Assembly (NCBI GenBank): GCA_900617105.1
Contig: UYFQ01000260.1
Location: forward strand, 248,001-312,000
From: Hydrurus foetidus
Taxonomy: Eukaryota
Direction of reading: 5' to 3'
DNA length: 64,000 nt
Position numbers and translations under genes: made by a program. This document shows positions 44,143 through 53,692 of the stretch, one piece after another. Under the pieces are notes generated by a model that saw only the letters and a program-made list of their open reading frames with translations, ran no database searches and was not told the DNA's origin. Position 1 is the stretch's first letter, and every line of letters begins with the position of its first letter.

Positions 44143-45545
44143 GCCGCCTGAGCCGCTTCCTGGCCCTCGTGGCCGTGCTGTCGCTGGGCCTCGCCGCCGC
44201 GCCCGCCGTGGCGCTGGCCTCGCCCGACGCCAAGGTCGACCAGCAGATCCGCCCGTGCTTTGGCCTGCTGCTGGAGCCAAACCTGTCGCGGGGCTGCAAG
44301 ACCAGCTATCGCCCCAAGGTCAAGCCGTGCCCGCGCGGCAGCTATCGCGTTCGCGGTCGCTGCGAGATCAGCAATGGCGGTCGTCCCGGCTATGTGCAGC
44401 GCGAGATCAACTGCGATTACGCCTATCCGGGCCAGGTCAATGACACGCTGGCGCGTCTCTATGACGGCGACTATCTGACCCTGACCTCGACCCAGGGCCG
44501 GGCCTGCGTCGAGTCGCTGAACATCACCCAGTCGGTCACCATCCTGGTGCGTGACTACACGCCGTCGCGCGACACGCCGATCCTGGTGGCCCCGTCCGGC
44601 CAGCCCTGCATCCGTATCGCACCGGGCGTGCAGTATGTGGTGCTGGAAGGTCTGGGCATCGAGGCCGTCCGCGCCGGTCAGGCCTCGTGCATCACCGGCC
44701 GCGCCACCGAACTGGCCCTGAAGGGCGTGACCATCCGCTACAGCGGCGAAGGTTCTGCGATGGACGTGCAGGACAGCCGTATCGAGCTGCAGAACACCGT
44801 CTTCATCGGCCGCACCCGCCAGCCGGTGGTCAAGGCCACGGGCGAGATCATGGCGTCCAATGTCGAGATCGCCGCCGCCGCTATCGGCGCAGCCTTCGAG
44901 ACCTCGGGCGACAGCCGCATGCGGGATATCCGCATCACCCGCCTTGGCGACTGGACCGGCTCGTCGCGAACCCGCAACTCGGCCGGCTTCGTGATCGCCG
45001 GCATGAACCGCCAGCAACTGGTGAAGATCGAAGGCCTGTACGTCGACGGCTTCTCGCGCGGCGTCTATGTGGGCGGCGGCGATGAGACCACGCTGCTCAA
45101 TCCCGTGGTTCGCGACAGCGACTGGGCGGTGGTGCTGGAGAACGCCAACCTGCAGATCCGCGGCGGCGACCTTGAGGCCACGGACGTGGGCATCTATGCC
45201 GCCTCCGGCATCGTGTTCGCCTCCAACAACCGCATTCACCGCGTCATGCGCTCGGGCATCTATGCCGACGCCGGCGGTCAGGTCCGGTCGGTCGACAACC
45301 GCGTCTTTGCCCGTCCCGGCGGCTGCGAGGCCCTGGTCAAGGGCCACTTCAACGGCGAACTGACCTGCCGTCCCTGGTTCGAGGCGCCGGAGGTCTTCCG
45401 CTCGCCGCGCGATCAGGCCCGTCTCGACTTCGACTCGTACTGGCCCGCCCCGAGCGTTCTGCCGGCCTCGGCGACCTCGGCTCCGCCACAGCTGTCTGAT
45501 GGCGCTCTGGCGGGCGGATCTCAATCAGGGGGAGCCCCCAAATGA
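44139..45545 (+). CDS. Secreted right-handed beta-helix protein with Cys-rich N-terminus
   Basis: Signal peptide; repeated short beta strands with GIYA/GVYV and NNRI/DNRV turns. Confidence 0.7.
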   Translation: MSRLSRFLALVAVLSLGLAAAPAVALASPDAKVDQQIRPCFGLLLEPNLSRGCKTSYRPKVKPCPRGSYRVRGRCEISNGGRPGYVQREINCDYAYPGQVNDTLARLYDGDYLTLTSTQGRACVESLNITQSVTILVRDYTPSRDTPILVAPSGQPCIRIAPGVQYVVLEGLGIEAVRAGQASCITGRATELALKGVTIRYSGEGSAMDVQDSRIELQNTVFIGRTRQPVVKATGEIMASNVEIAAAAIGAAFETSGDSRMRDIRITRLGDWTGSSRTRNSAGFVIAGMNRQQLVKIEGLYVDGFSRGVYVGGGDETTLLNPVVRDSDWAVVLENANLQIRGGDLEATDVGIYAASGIVFASNNRIHRVMRSGIYADAGGQVRSVDNRVFARPGGCEALVKGHFNGELTCRPWFEAPEVFRSPRDQARLDFDSYWPAPSVLPASATSAPPQLSDGALAGGSQSGGAPK

Positions 45546-46159
45546 GCAAGTTCGTCCACGTCTTCGCCGTCGCCCTGACGGTCGCCGCCTCGCTGGGCGC
45601 GGTCCAGGCCCAGGCCCAGAGCGGTCGCGGACCCGGCGGCGGTCGACCCGCTGCCTGCGGCGAGCCCCTGACCGGGCAGGCGCCGGATATCATGACCTAT
45701 GACAGCGCGACCGGCACCCAGGTGTTTGTCGGCGGCGGTCGCGGCGGCGATACCGAGGTTTCGGCCTATAATGCCCAGACCCGCTCGGCGGCGGCCCTGA
45801 ACGGCGATCTCAGCCGGCCCGGTCTGGTCTCATCCTGCGCGGTCGACGGCTTCACCCGCGAGTCGTACGGCGTCACGCCCGACGGCAAGGGCAAGATCTC
45901 GGTGAGCGGTCGCGACGAGCGCGGCGAGCGCTGGGCCTTCACCCGCGCCGATGGCCAGGTCGAGGTCTGGGATCCTCGCGGCGACAATCATTGCTTCAAG
46001 TCCGGCCTGGGCATCTTCACCCCCAACGGCAATCTGGGCCTGGCCGTGGCCAGCCCCCCTGGCGCGCTGGGTCTGGGCGTGGCGCTCGGCGATCGCTTTG
46101 GCGGTGTCGGCGTCGGCGGTAACCGCAACTTCGCCGGCGTGGGCCTGGTGGGATGCTGA
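45542..46159 (+). CDS. Secreted hypothetical protein with Gly/hydrophobic C-terminus
   Basis: Signal peptide ending AQAQ; ATGA-coupled to the upstream gene. Confidence 0.75.
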   Translation: MSKFVHVFAVALTVAASLGAVQAQAQSGRGPGGGRPAACGEPLTGQAPDIMTYDSATGTQVFVGGGRGGDTEVSAYNAQTRSAAALNGDLSRPGLVSSCAVDGFTRESYGVTPDGKGKISVSGRDERGERWAFTRADGQVEVWDPRGDNHCFKSGLGIFTPNGNLGLAVASPPGALGLGVALGDRFGGVGVGGNRNFAGVGLVGC

Positions 46160-46311
46160 AGTCAGGCCTGATCCTGGCCCTGACGGCGGCGGCCCTTTGC
46201 GGCTGCGCGCAGCCGCAAAAGCCGTTCGGACCGCCAGCCCCTCATTCGCCGTCGCCGGACCGGGTCACGCCGCCGCCGCCGCCGATCGACGTGATCCGGC
46301 CCCGGGTCTGA
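46153..46311 (+). CDS. 52-aa proline-rich lipoprotein (below the ORF-track cutoff)
   Basis: MLKSGLILALTAAALCGCAQPQKPFGPPAPHSPSPDRVTPPPPPIDVIRPRV*, overlapping the previous stop. Confidence 0.6.
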   Translation: MLKSGLILALTAAALCGCAQPQKPFGPPAPHSPSPDRVTPPPPPIDVIRPRV

Positions 46312-46315
46312 GGCC

Positions 46316-47809
46316 TTACGGCGCGATCGTCGGCAGGAAGGTCGGGGCCTTGCGCTTCATCGTGGCCTGCTCATAGGCGTAGCCCAGGTTCAGCAGCAGC
46401 TTTTCGCTCCAGGCCGGGCCGATGAACGACAGCCCCACCGGCAGGCCGGTGACCTGGCCCATCGGCACGGTCAGGTGCGGATAGCCGGCCACGGCGGGCA
46501 GGGTGGTCGACGAGCCGCCATAGTTGTCGCCGTTCAGCGGATCGATGGTCCAGGCCGGACCGGTGGTCGGGGCCACAATGGCGGCGGCGCCGGCCTCCTT
46601 GAGGATCTTGTCTATGCCCTCGGGACCGGCCAGCCGCTTGGAATCCGCCAGGGCCTTGATGTAGTCGGGATCGCTGTAGCCCTTGGTCTTTTCGGCCTTC
46701 TCGAAGCTCTCCTGGCCGAACCATTCGAACTCGTGGGGCGTCGCCTTGTTGAAGGCGATCAGGTCGGCCAGCGTGCGGCTGGGGACCTTCTTCGGATCGG
46801 TCGAGGCCAGATAGGCGGCCAGGTCGACCTTCAGTTCGGTATAGAGCACCACGCCCTCGGCCGCGCCGATCGGACCCTCGTCGAACGCTTTGACCTCGAC
46901 CAGGGTCGCGCCCTGGGCCTTCAGGTCGGCCAGGGCCTGCTCGAAGACCGCGTCGGTCTTGGGCGAATAGCCGGTGTAGAACCGCGCCACGGCCAGGGTG
47001 ACGCCCTTCAGCGCGTTCTTGTCGAGGCCCTTGGCGTAGTCGGTCTTGTGGCTGTCGGCGGCCTTGGTCGCGACGTCGGCGGGATCGGAGCCGGCGATGG
47101 CGGTCAGGATGTCGGCGGCGTCCTTGACCGTGGTGGTCATCGGGCCGGCGGTGTCCTGGCTGTGGCTGATCGGCACGATATGGGTGCGCGACACCAGGCC
47201 GACGGTGGGCTTGAGGCCCACCAGGCCGTTGATCGCGGCGGGGCAGGTGATCGAGCCGTCGGTCTCGGTGCCGATGGCCGCCCAGGCCAGACCGGCCGCG
47301 ACAGCCGCGCCCGAGCCGCTGGACGAGCCGCAGGCGCTGCGGTCCAGCACATAGGGGTTGCGCACCGTTCCGCCCACGGCGCTCCAGCCGCTGATCGAGT
47401 TGTTCGAGCGGATATTGGCCCATTCCGACAGATTGGCCTTGCCCAGGATCACCGCTCCGGAATCCCGCAGACCCTTGACCAGCGGCGCGTCGCGGCCAGT
47501 GACATTGTCCTTCAGGGCCAGGGAGCCGGCGGTGGTGGCCAGCGGCTCGGCGGATTCGATATTGTCCTTCAGCAGGATCGGCAGGCCGTGGATGGCGGAG
47601 CGAACCTGGCCGGCCTTGCGTTCGGCGTCGAGGGCCTTGGCGTCGGCCATGGCGGCGGGGTTCACGGCGATGACCGCGTGCAGGATGTCGTTCTTCGCCT
47701 TGATCTGGTCGAGATAGGCCCTGGTCGCCTCTTCCGAGGTTTGAGCGGCGGCGCTGGTGGCCAGCAGGGCGGCGACGGCCGCTCCGGCCAGGAAGGCGAT
47801 CTTGGTCAT
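46316..47809 (-). CDS. Secreted amidase-signature protein
   Basis: LKDNI, GSSSGSG, GTETDGSITCP. Confidence 0.93.
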   Translation of the reverse strand: MTKIAFLAGAAVAALLATSAAAQTSEEATRAYLDQIKAKNDILHAVIAVNPAAMADAKALDAERKAGQVRSAIHGLPILLKDNIESAEPLATTAGSLALKDNVTGRDAPLVKGLRDSGAVILGKANLSEWANIRSNNSISGWSAVGGTVRNPYVLDRSACGSSSGSGAAVAAGLAWAAIGTETDGSITCPAAINGLVGLKPTVGLVSRTHIVPISHSQDTAGPMTTTVKDAADILTAIAGSDPADVATKAADSHKTDYAKGLDKNALKGVTLAVARFYTGYSPKTDAVFEQALADLKAQGATLVEVKAFDEGPIGAAEGVVLYTELKVDLAAYLASTDPKKVPSRTLADLIAFNKATPHEFEWFGQESFEKAEKTKGYSDPDYIKALADSKRLAGPEGIDKILKEAGAAAIVAPTTGPAWTIDPLNGDNYGGSSTTLPAVAGYPHLTVPMGQVTGLPVGLSFIGPAWSEKLLLNLGYAYEQATMKRKAPTFLPTIAP

Positions 47810-47903
47810 GCGAGTATCCCCACGCGGGCCGACATTACAGCTCGGCCGAACGGGGCGGAGGATGAGGGTAAAACCCTGTCGCCGCCAAGCCTATCTCTCA
47901 CCC

Positions 47904-48685
47904 TCAGACGAAGACGGCCACGTTCTGCCGTGCGGCGATCAGCGGGCGACCGCTGCCGTCCCACAGCATCATGCCTTGCGTGGAATAGCCGTCGCCGATC
48001 GTTTCGGCCGTGCTGCGCAGCAGCCGCCAGCCGTCGTCGTCTTCGGCCGGCAGGCCCACGACGTCGAGCGACCAGGTCATGGTCGAGATCGGGCCAAACT
48101 TCGGGAACAGGGCCATGGCGGGCGGCGGCGGCGTATCGGCCAGGGCGACCAGCGCCGAGAGCGAGTGCGCGGCCGGATCGCGGTGGCGGATCCAGAGCAA
48201 GTATTCCGGCGGCTGGCCTGACAGGGGACGGGTCCCGCCGGCCAACTTGACCTCGAACTGGCCCGAAAAGCCCGGGCCCGAGCCCGGTGGAAAGAAGAAC
48301 TCGCAATCGGCAGGCGGGGCGACCACAGGGCAGGGCAGGTCACTATAGGCCACCAGCGACTCCCGCGCCGCGCCGAAGGTCAGGATGGCCCGCGTCGCCA
48401 GGCCCTGCTCGCCCACCAGATCGACGCCGACGAACAGGGTCGACTTGCCCTGGCGCAGCACTGTCGTCTCGATGGCCAGTTCTCCGGCCGCCGGGCCGAT
48501 GAAGGCGAACTGGCCCGAGCGCAGGGGCGGGGCGTCCGGCAGGGTCCGCAGGGCCGCTTCCAGACATAGGGCCGCCGACAGCCCGCCATAGGTGGTGCGG
48601 CCCTGTTTCCAGTCGTCGGTGACATGCGCCGCGTGGCCGAGGCCGTCTTGGTGATGCCGGCGATAAGGTCGGTATAGGTGGTCAC
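47904..48685 (-). CDS. TesB-like acyl-CoA thioesterase, frameshifted
   Basis: WKQGRTTYGG on the minus strand near 48583-48612, ALADTPPP, STMTWS. Confidence 0.82.
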
Positions 48686-48750
48686 GCGAAGATTCCCTGG
48701 AGCTTTGCCCAAGGTTCGTTTTCTTTCGCTACGGAAGTCAAGGGCAGGCC

Positions 48751-49078
48751 TCAGCCGCCGGTCGAATCCACGATGATGGCCACGGTCTTGCTGCGCGACA
48801 GCGGGTCCCATCCGCCACGATGGCCGAGGCGATGGCCCCTGGCCACCAGTTCCAGGGCGACCTGAGAGGGCTTCAGCAGCGGCGCGCCATAGCGGGGCCG
48901 CGGGCCGGGCGGAAACTCGATCACGGCTTCGCGCTGACCTTCCTGTGGCGCACGGCGATCGCCATGCCATGCCGCTCGGGGCGTCGCTGGACCAGCCGGG
49001 CTGGCGATGAAGCCGCCACATGTAGGGGTCCCCCGCGACCTCGATTTCAAACTCAGGGCTTAGTTTTGTTCGCGCCAT
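48751..49078 (-). CDS. Small hypothetical protein, frameshifted
   Basis: MARTKLSPEFEIEV.. and EGQREAVIEFP..GWDPLSRSK pieces. Confidence 0.6.
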
Positions 49079-49204
49079 GCAAGCGTGTTAGCCCGTCACG
49101 CGCCCTCAGACCACCCCGACCCGCTTCGCCAGCCGCTATCGGCCCCCTGTGGCCAAGGCCAGGGCGCAAGCTCGCGACCTCGCGCGGGAAACCGCCGAGT
49201 GGGT

Positions 49205-49611
49205 GGGAAGGGCTGCGGAGCGCCCGGGCCTCGCCCGGATGTGAGTTTGTAGAAGTACCGTTTCGACGAAGACAGACGCTCCGCGCAGCCGTTATCCGGT
49301 GAGCCCTCGGGGCGCGGGGTTTTAACCCGCTTCCGACGTTAGGCCCCCGACGGGTGGAGGGGATAGCGACCCCGTCCAGACCGCATGGGCGATTTCAGCC
49401 CATGCCTGTTGCGACATCGCCGCTCGCATCCTCGGGTCGATGTCGGCGGCGAACGGTCAGGGTGGGCCAGGCCACCTTGGCGACGAGGGTCACCCCTTAA
49501 GACCGTTGGCCAGCCCACACCCGCTGACGCTGGCGGCGAGCGCTTCCCGCTCGACCACACCCCAGGGCCCGTCAGGTCGCCGGCCGACGCCCTTCCCCTG
49601 CCTTCAGGTGA
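49205..49611 (-). ncRNA. Candidate large structured ncRNA, copy 2 (family not recognised)
   Basis: Shares ordered blocks and stems with 21615-21956; CATAAT -10-like box at 49617-49622 on the minus strand. Confidence 0.65.
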
Positions 49612-49756
49612 GACTGATTATGCAGGCGGTTTCAGCGCGTCTGACAGGCGCGATCAACTAATTTGCAAGCCCTTGATCAGGCTGGGGTTTGTTTCGAAAA
49701 GAACGGGGATTGGGCGCAGTTTGTCCCCTTGCCCGGCCGGTCAGCGTCCGGTCGTC

Positions 49757-49960
49757 TCAGTGCAGCGTGGCCGACGCGCTCATCCAGGCGCCCATCGTGC
49801 GGGCCTGGCGGGTGGACTGCTCATCTTCCAGCGAGAGTTCCTCGAGCGAGATAGCCGCCAGCAGCCAGTCCTCGAGATCGGACTCAGAGGCGCCACCGTG
49901 CTCCAGGGCGTCCTTGAGCGCGTGGATCAGCCATTCGACGGCGTCATCGGTCTTGGTCAT
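49757..49960 (-). CDS. Small acidic hypothetical protein
   Basis: 67-aa helical acidic ORF ending ATLH. Confidence 0.55.
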   Translation of the reverse strand: MTKTDDAVEWLIHALKDALEHGGASESDLEDWLLAAISLEELSLEDEQSTRQARTMGAWMSASATLH

Positions 49961-50060
49961 CAGGAGGCGTCCTCGATCAGTCCTGATGAGGATAGGCGCC
50001 GTCTGGTGATTTGAGGCTGTGACAAAAAGTCAGTCCGGGCGGGCGTTTTGACGCAGCTTC

Positions 50061-50085
50061 CGTTCGCGGCGCGGCGCCGCGAACG
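50061..50085. terminator. GC-rich hairpin downstream of the S9 peptidase
   Basis: CGTTCGCGGCG-cgg-CGCCGCGAACG. Confidence 0.5.
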
Positions 50086-50100
50086 GATCCGACAGAGGCC

Positions 50101-52309
50101 TTACTGCCCCTTAAGCTTGCGGCCGAAGAACTCCAGGTGCGTCTTGAGCACGCTGAGGCCCTTGGTCTTGCTGCCGGGGGCGCTGTGGCGCTCGCCGGGA
50201 TAGAGGGCCATTTCGAAGGGGATGGCCTTTTTCTGCAGGGCCGCGATCAGGCGGGTGCTGTTTTCGAAGATGACATTGTCATCGGCCATGCCGTGCAGCA
50301 GCAGCAGGCTGCCGGGCTTCATCCTGTCCAGACGGGTGAGGATATCGGACCGCGCATAGCCGTCCTTGTTCTCCTCAGGCTTGCCCATGTAGCGCTCGGT
50401 ATAGGCGGTGTCGTAGAGGCCCCACTCGGTGGGCGGCGCGCCGCCGGCCCCGGCCTTGAAGGGGCTGTCGTCGGCGGTCAGCATCATCAGGGTCATGAAG
50501 CCGCCATACGACCAGCCGACCACGCCCAGCTTCTCGGCGTCCACATAGGGCAGGGTTTTCAGATAGTTGGCGCCGACCAGCTGATCGTCGACCTCCACGG
50601 TGCCCATGCGCCGATCCAGGGCTCGCGCGAACTTCGCCGAGCGGTTGGCGGTGCCACGGTTGTCGAGCCGGAAGACGAGGTAGCCGGCTTCGAGATAGGT
50701 GCGTTCCGACGGGCTCTGCCAGATCTTCCGGACATTCTGGGCGTACGCCAGCAGACGGCGACGATGGCGAGATACTTTTCGACGGGTCGAAATCGGCCGG
50801 CTTCAGCAGGGCGTAGTACAGGGTCTCGCCGTCGGCGGCCTTCAGGGTTCCGTAGTCCGGCGTGGTCAGGGTCGAGGCATAGGGCCAGTAAGGATGCCCC
50901 TCGGCCAGCCGGTTTTCCTCGATCCAGCGCACGCGCTTGCCGTCGGGCGCATAGAGCGCGGTCTGGGGCGGGGTCTTGGGATCGGTGTAGGTGCCGGCAA
51001 AGGCGCCGTTGGGCGCCACCTTGGCCGTCCACCAGCCGCCGGCCGGGGTCAGGGCCTTGGGCTTGCCGGGTTTGACGTAGGAGACCTCATAGAGGCGGCG
51101 CTCGATCGGCGTGTCGATGGAGGCGCCGAAGATCACCACCTTGCGGGCCTCATCGACGCCCTCGACCCGGTTCATCGGCCAGTCGCCCTTGGTGATCTGG
51201 GCGATCAGCTTGCCGTCGGCGGCGTGGCGATAGAGGTGGTTGAAGCCCGACTTCTCCGATGACCACAGGAAGGTGCCATCGCTGAGAGGGCGGAAGTCTT
51301 CGTGCACCTCGATGAAGTGGCGGTCGGTCTCGGTCAGGACCGTCTTGCCCTGACCCGTGGCCGGGTCGAAGGCGATGATGTCCAGGGTCTTTTGGTCGCG
51401 CGACAGGCGCTGGACATAGACGGTCTTGCCATTGGCCGACCAGTCGACGCGGGCGACATAGATGTCCTTGTTCGCGCCCAGATCCAGCTGCACGTCCTGG
51501 CCGGTGGCCAGGTTGCGCACAAACAGGTCGACCACGGCGTTGGGGCGGCCGGCGCGGGGATAGCGCTGCAGCACGACGGTGGCGCCGCCGGGGCCGATAT
51601 CGGCGCGGGGCACGATGTCGACGCCGCTCTCATCGACGCGGGCATAGGCGATGTGGCCTTCGCTGGGCGACCACCAGTAGCCGCTGAAACGGTCCAGCTC
51701 TTCCTGGGCGATGAACTCGGCGACGCCGAACGACAGGGCGTCCTTGCCCTCGGTGGTCAGGGCCTTTTCGGCCCCGCCGTTGACCGGCTTCAGATAGAGG
51801 TTCTGGTCGCGAACATACGAGACATAGCCGCCCAGCGGCGAGACCTTGGCGTCGACCTCGTCGCCCGGGGTTTCGGTCAGGCGGGAAACCTTGCCGTCGG
51901 AAACGCTGTCCAGATAGAGGTCGCCGTCCAGCGGCACCAGGATGAAGCGCCCCTGGCTGTCCCAGCTGTATTCGACGATGCCGCGCGACGAGACGCGGGC
52001 CCTTTCGCGGCGGGCCTTCTCGGCCTCAGACAGCTCCTTGGCGCCCGACGACAGGGTGGCCGAGTCGATCAGACGATAGGGCTCGCCGCCGGCCACATCG
52101 GCCGCCCACAGGTCCTGGACATTGGCGGCCTCGGCCTTGGCTTTCAGATAGGTGACGCGCTTGCCGTCCGGCGACAGGGCCACGCCCTTGGCGGCGGGAC
52201 CCGACAGGCTGGGATCAGCGAAGATGCGTTCGGGGGGCAGCTTTTCCGCCAGCACGGGCGAAGTCAGGGCGAGGCACGCCGCGAGGGCGGTAAGCGAGGG
52301 TCTGATCAT
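50101..52309 (-). CDS. Dipeptidyl peptidase IV (S9B), frameshifted
   Basis: AQEELDR, GWSYGG nucleophile motif, ADDNV, ERH. Confidence 0.93.
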
Positions 52310-52374
52310 GGCGCGGGACGCTAGTGGGACGCCGTGAGGTTGTCAGCAGGGAAAAGTTTGAGGGGCGCGCTTCC

Positions 52375-52492
52375 AAGTCCTCCCCCTGAAGGGGGAGGCG
52401 GTCCGGAGGCCGGTGGGGGAAGACCGCATTGATCCAGCAGTCACTTCCCCCTCCGATCGGCTTCGCGATCGCCTCCCCCTGGGGGGGGACTT
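52375..52492. repeat. Inverted dimer of double-hairpin REP-like units, no ORF inside
   Basis: AAGTCCTCCCCCTGAAGGGGGAGGCG..GGGGGAAG faces CTTCCCCC..CGCCTCCCCCTGGGGGGGGACTT. Confidence 0.7.
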
Positions 52493-52506
52493 GTCTCAAC
52501 CGACCT

Positions 52507-53606
52507 TCAGCCCGCTGCATCCACCACCTGCGTGATCTTCACCGCGCCCTCTCGTCATGCACCCGCAGCGTCACGACCGGCGCGGGGCCGCTCCAGTCGA
52601 TCTCGATCATCCCGAAATTGCGCTCGCGCAGCACGGGCGAGACGCGCAGGGCGTTGGGCGGGGTGACGGGCCAGACCTCGGTCAGGCCCGAGGAGGTCAC
52701 GTCCCAGATCGGGTAGGGGACATTGACGTCCAGACGCGAGACCTCGGCATAGTGGGTGTCGCCGCTGATGCAGATCAGGCGCTCGGCCTTCTGGCGGCGG
52801 ATCGCTGCGAACAGGCGCTGGTGGTCGCGGGCATAGTTGATCCAGCTTTCCCAGCCGGCGAAATCGGCCAGCACCTGCAGGCTGGAGCCGAAGATCCGCA
52901 GGTCAGCGGGCTGGGCCAGTTGCTGCTCCAGCCAGGTCCATTGCGGCTCGCCGATCATGGTGGCGTCAAGGTCGGCGATGCGGTCATAGGGGCCGGGCGT
53001 CTCCTTGCCCGACAGGCCGCGCGCCACGGCCCAGGGCTTGTAGCCGCCCTTGAAGGTCTTCTCCGCCAGGGGCGTGCGGTTCCAGCGCAGGTCCGGCAGG
53101 ATGATCTGCACCCGCTGGCCGGCGGGGCCGAACACATAGGCCGCATAGACGCCGTCGCGGGTGCGGCGCGGCGAGTCGGCGGGCTCGCCCCAGAAGTCGC
53201 AGAACTGCCGGCGGCTCTCGGCCTTCATCGGATAGTCGGCCCCGGCGTCGTTTTCACCAAAGTCGTGGTCGTCCCAGATGGCGATGACGGGGGTGGTGTC
53301 GCGCAGCCGCTTGAAGTGCGGCTTGGCCGCCAGGGTCGCGTACTTGGCCGCCATCACCTTGGGATCGCGGGTGTCGGCATAGATGTTGTCGCCCAGGAAC
53401 ACGAACAGGTCGGGCTTCTGCTCGAAGATCGCCTCCCAGATCGGCTGGTCCTTGTCCTGGTTGGCGCAGGACCCGAAGGCGATGCGGGTCAGGGACTTGC
53501 CCAGGGCCGGATGCGGCGCGTCGAGGACGGCGGCGCGCGCGGCGGGGGCGACGGCCAGGGCGGCAGCTGACAGGCCCAGGGCCCCGCGACGGGAGAGTTC
53601 GGTCAC
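52507..53606 (-). CDS. phoD: PhoD-family alkaline phosphatase, Tat-exported
   Basis: SRRGAL Tat motif, IAFGSC, GDNIYAD, WDDHD, SGDTH. Confidence 0.9.
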
Positions 53607-53645
53607 GGACGTTTCCTCGTTTTGCGGTGCAGCTTGAACGACAAA

Positions 53646-53669
53646 GGGCCGGGAGTCGCCTCCCGGCCC
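53646..53669. terminator. Hairpin between the TonB receptor and phoD
   Basis: GGGCCGGGAG-tcgc-CTCCCGGCCC. Confidence 0.55.
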
Positions 53670-53692
53670 CAAGTTTCTAGATCAAGTGAGGC

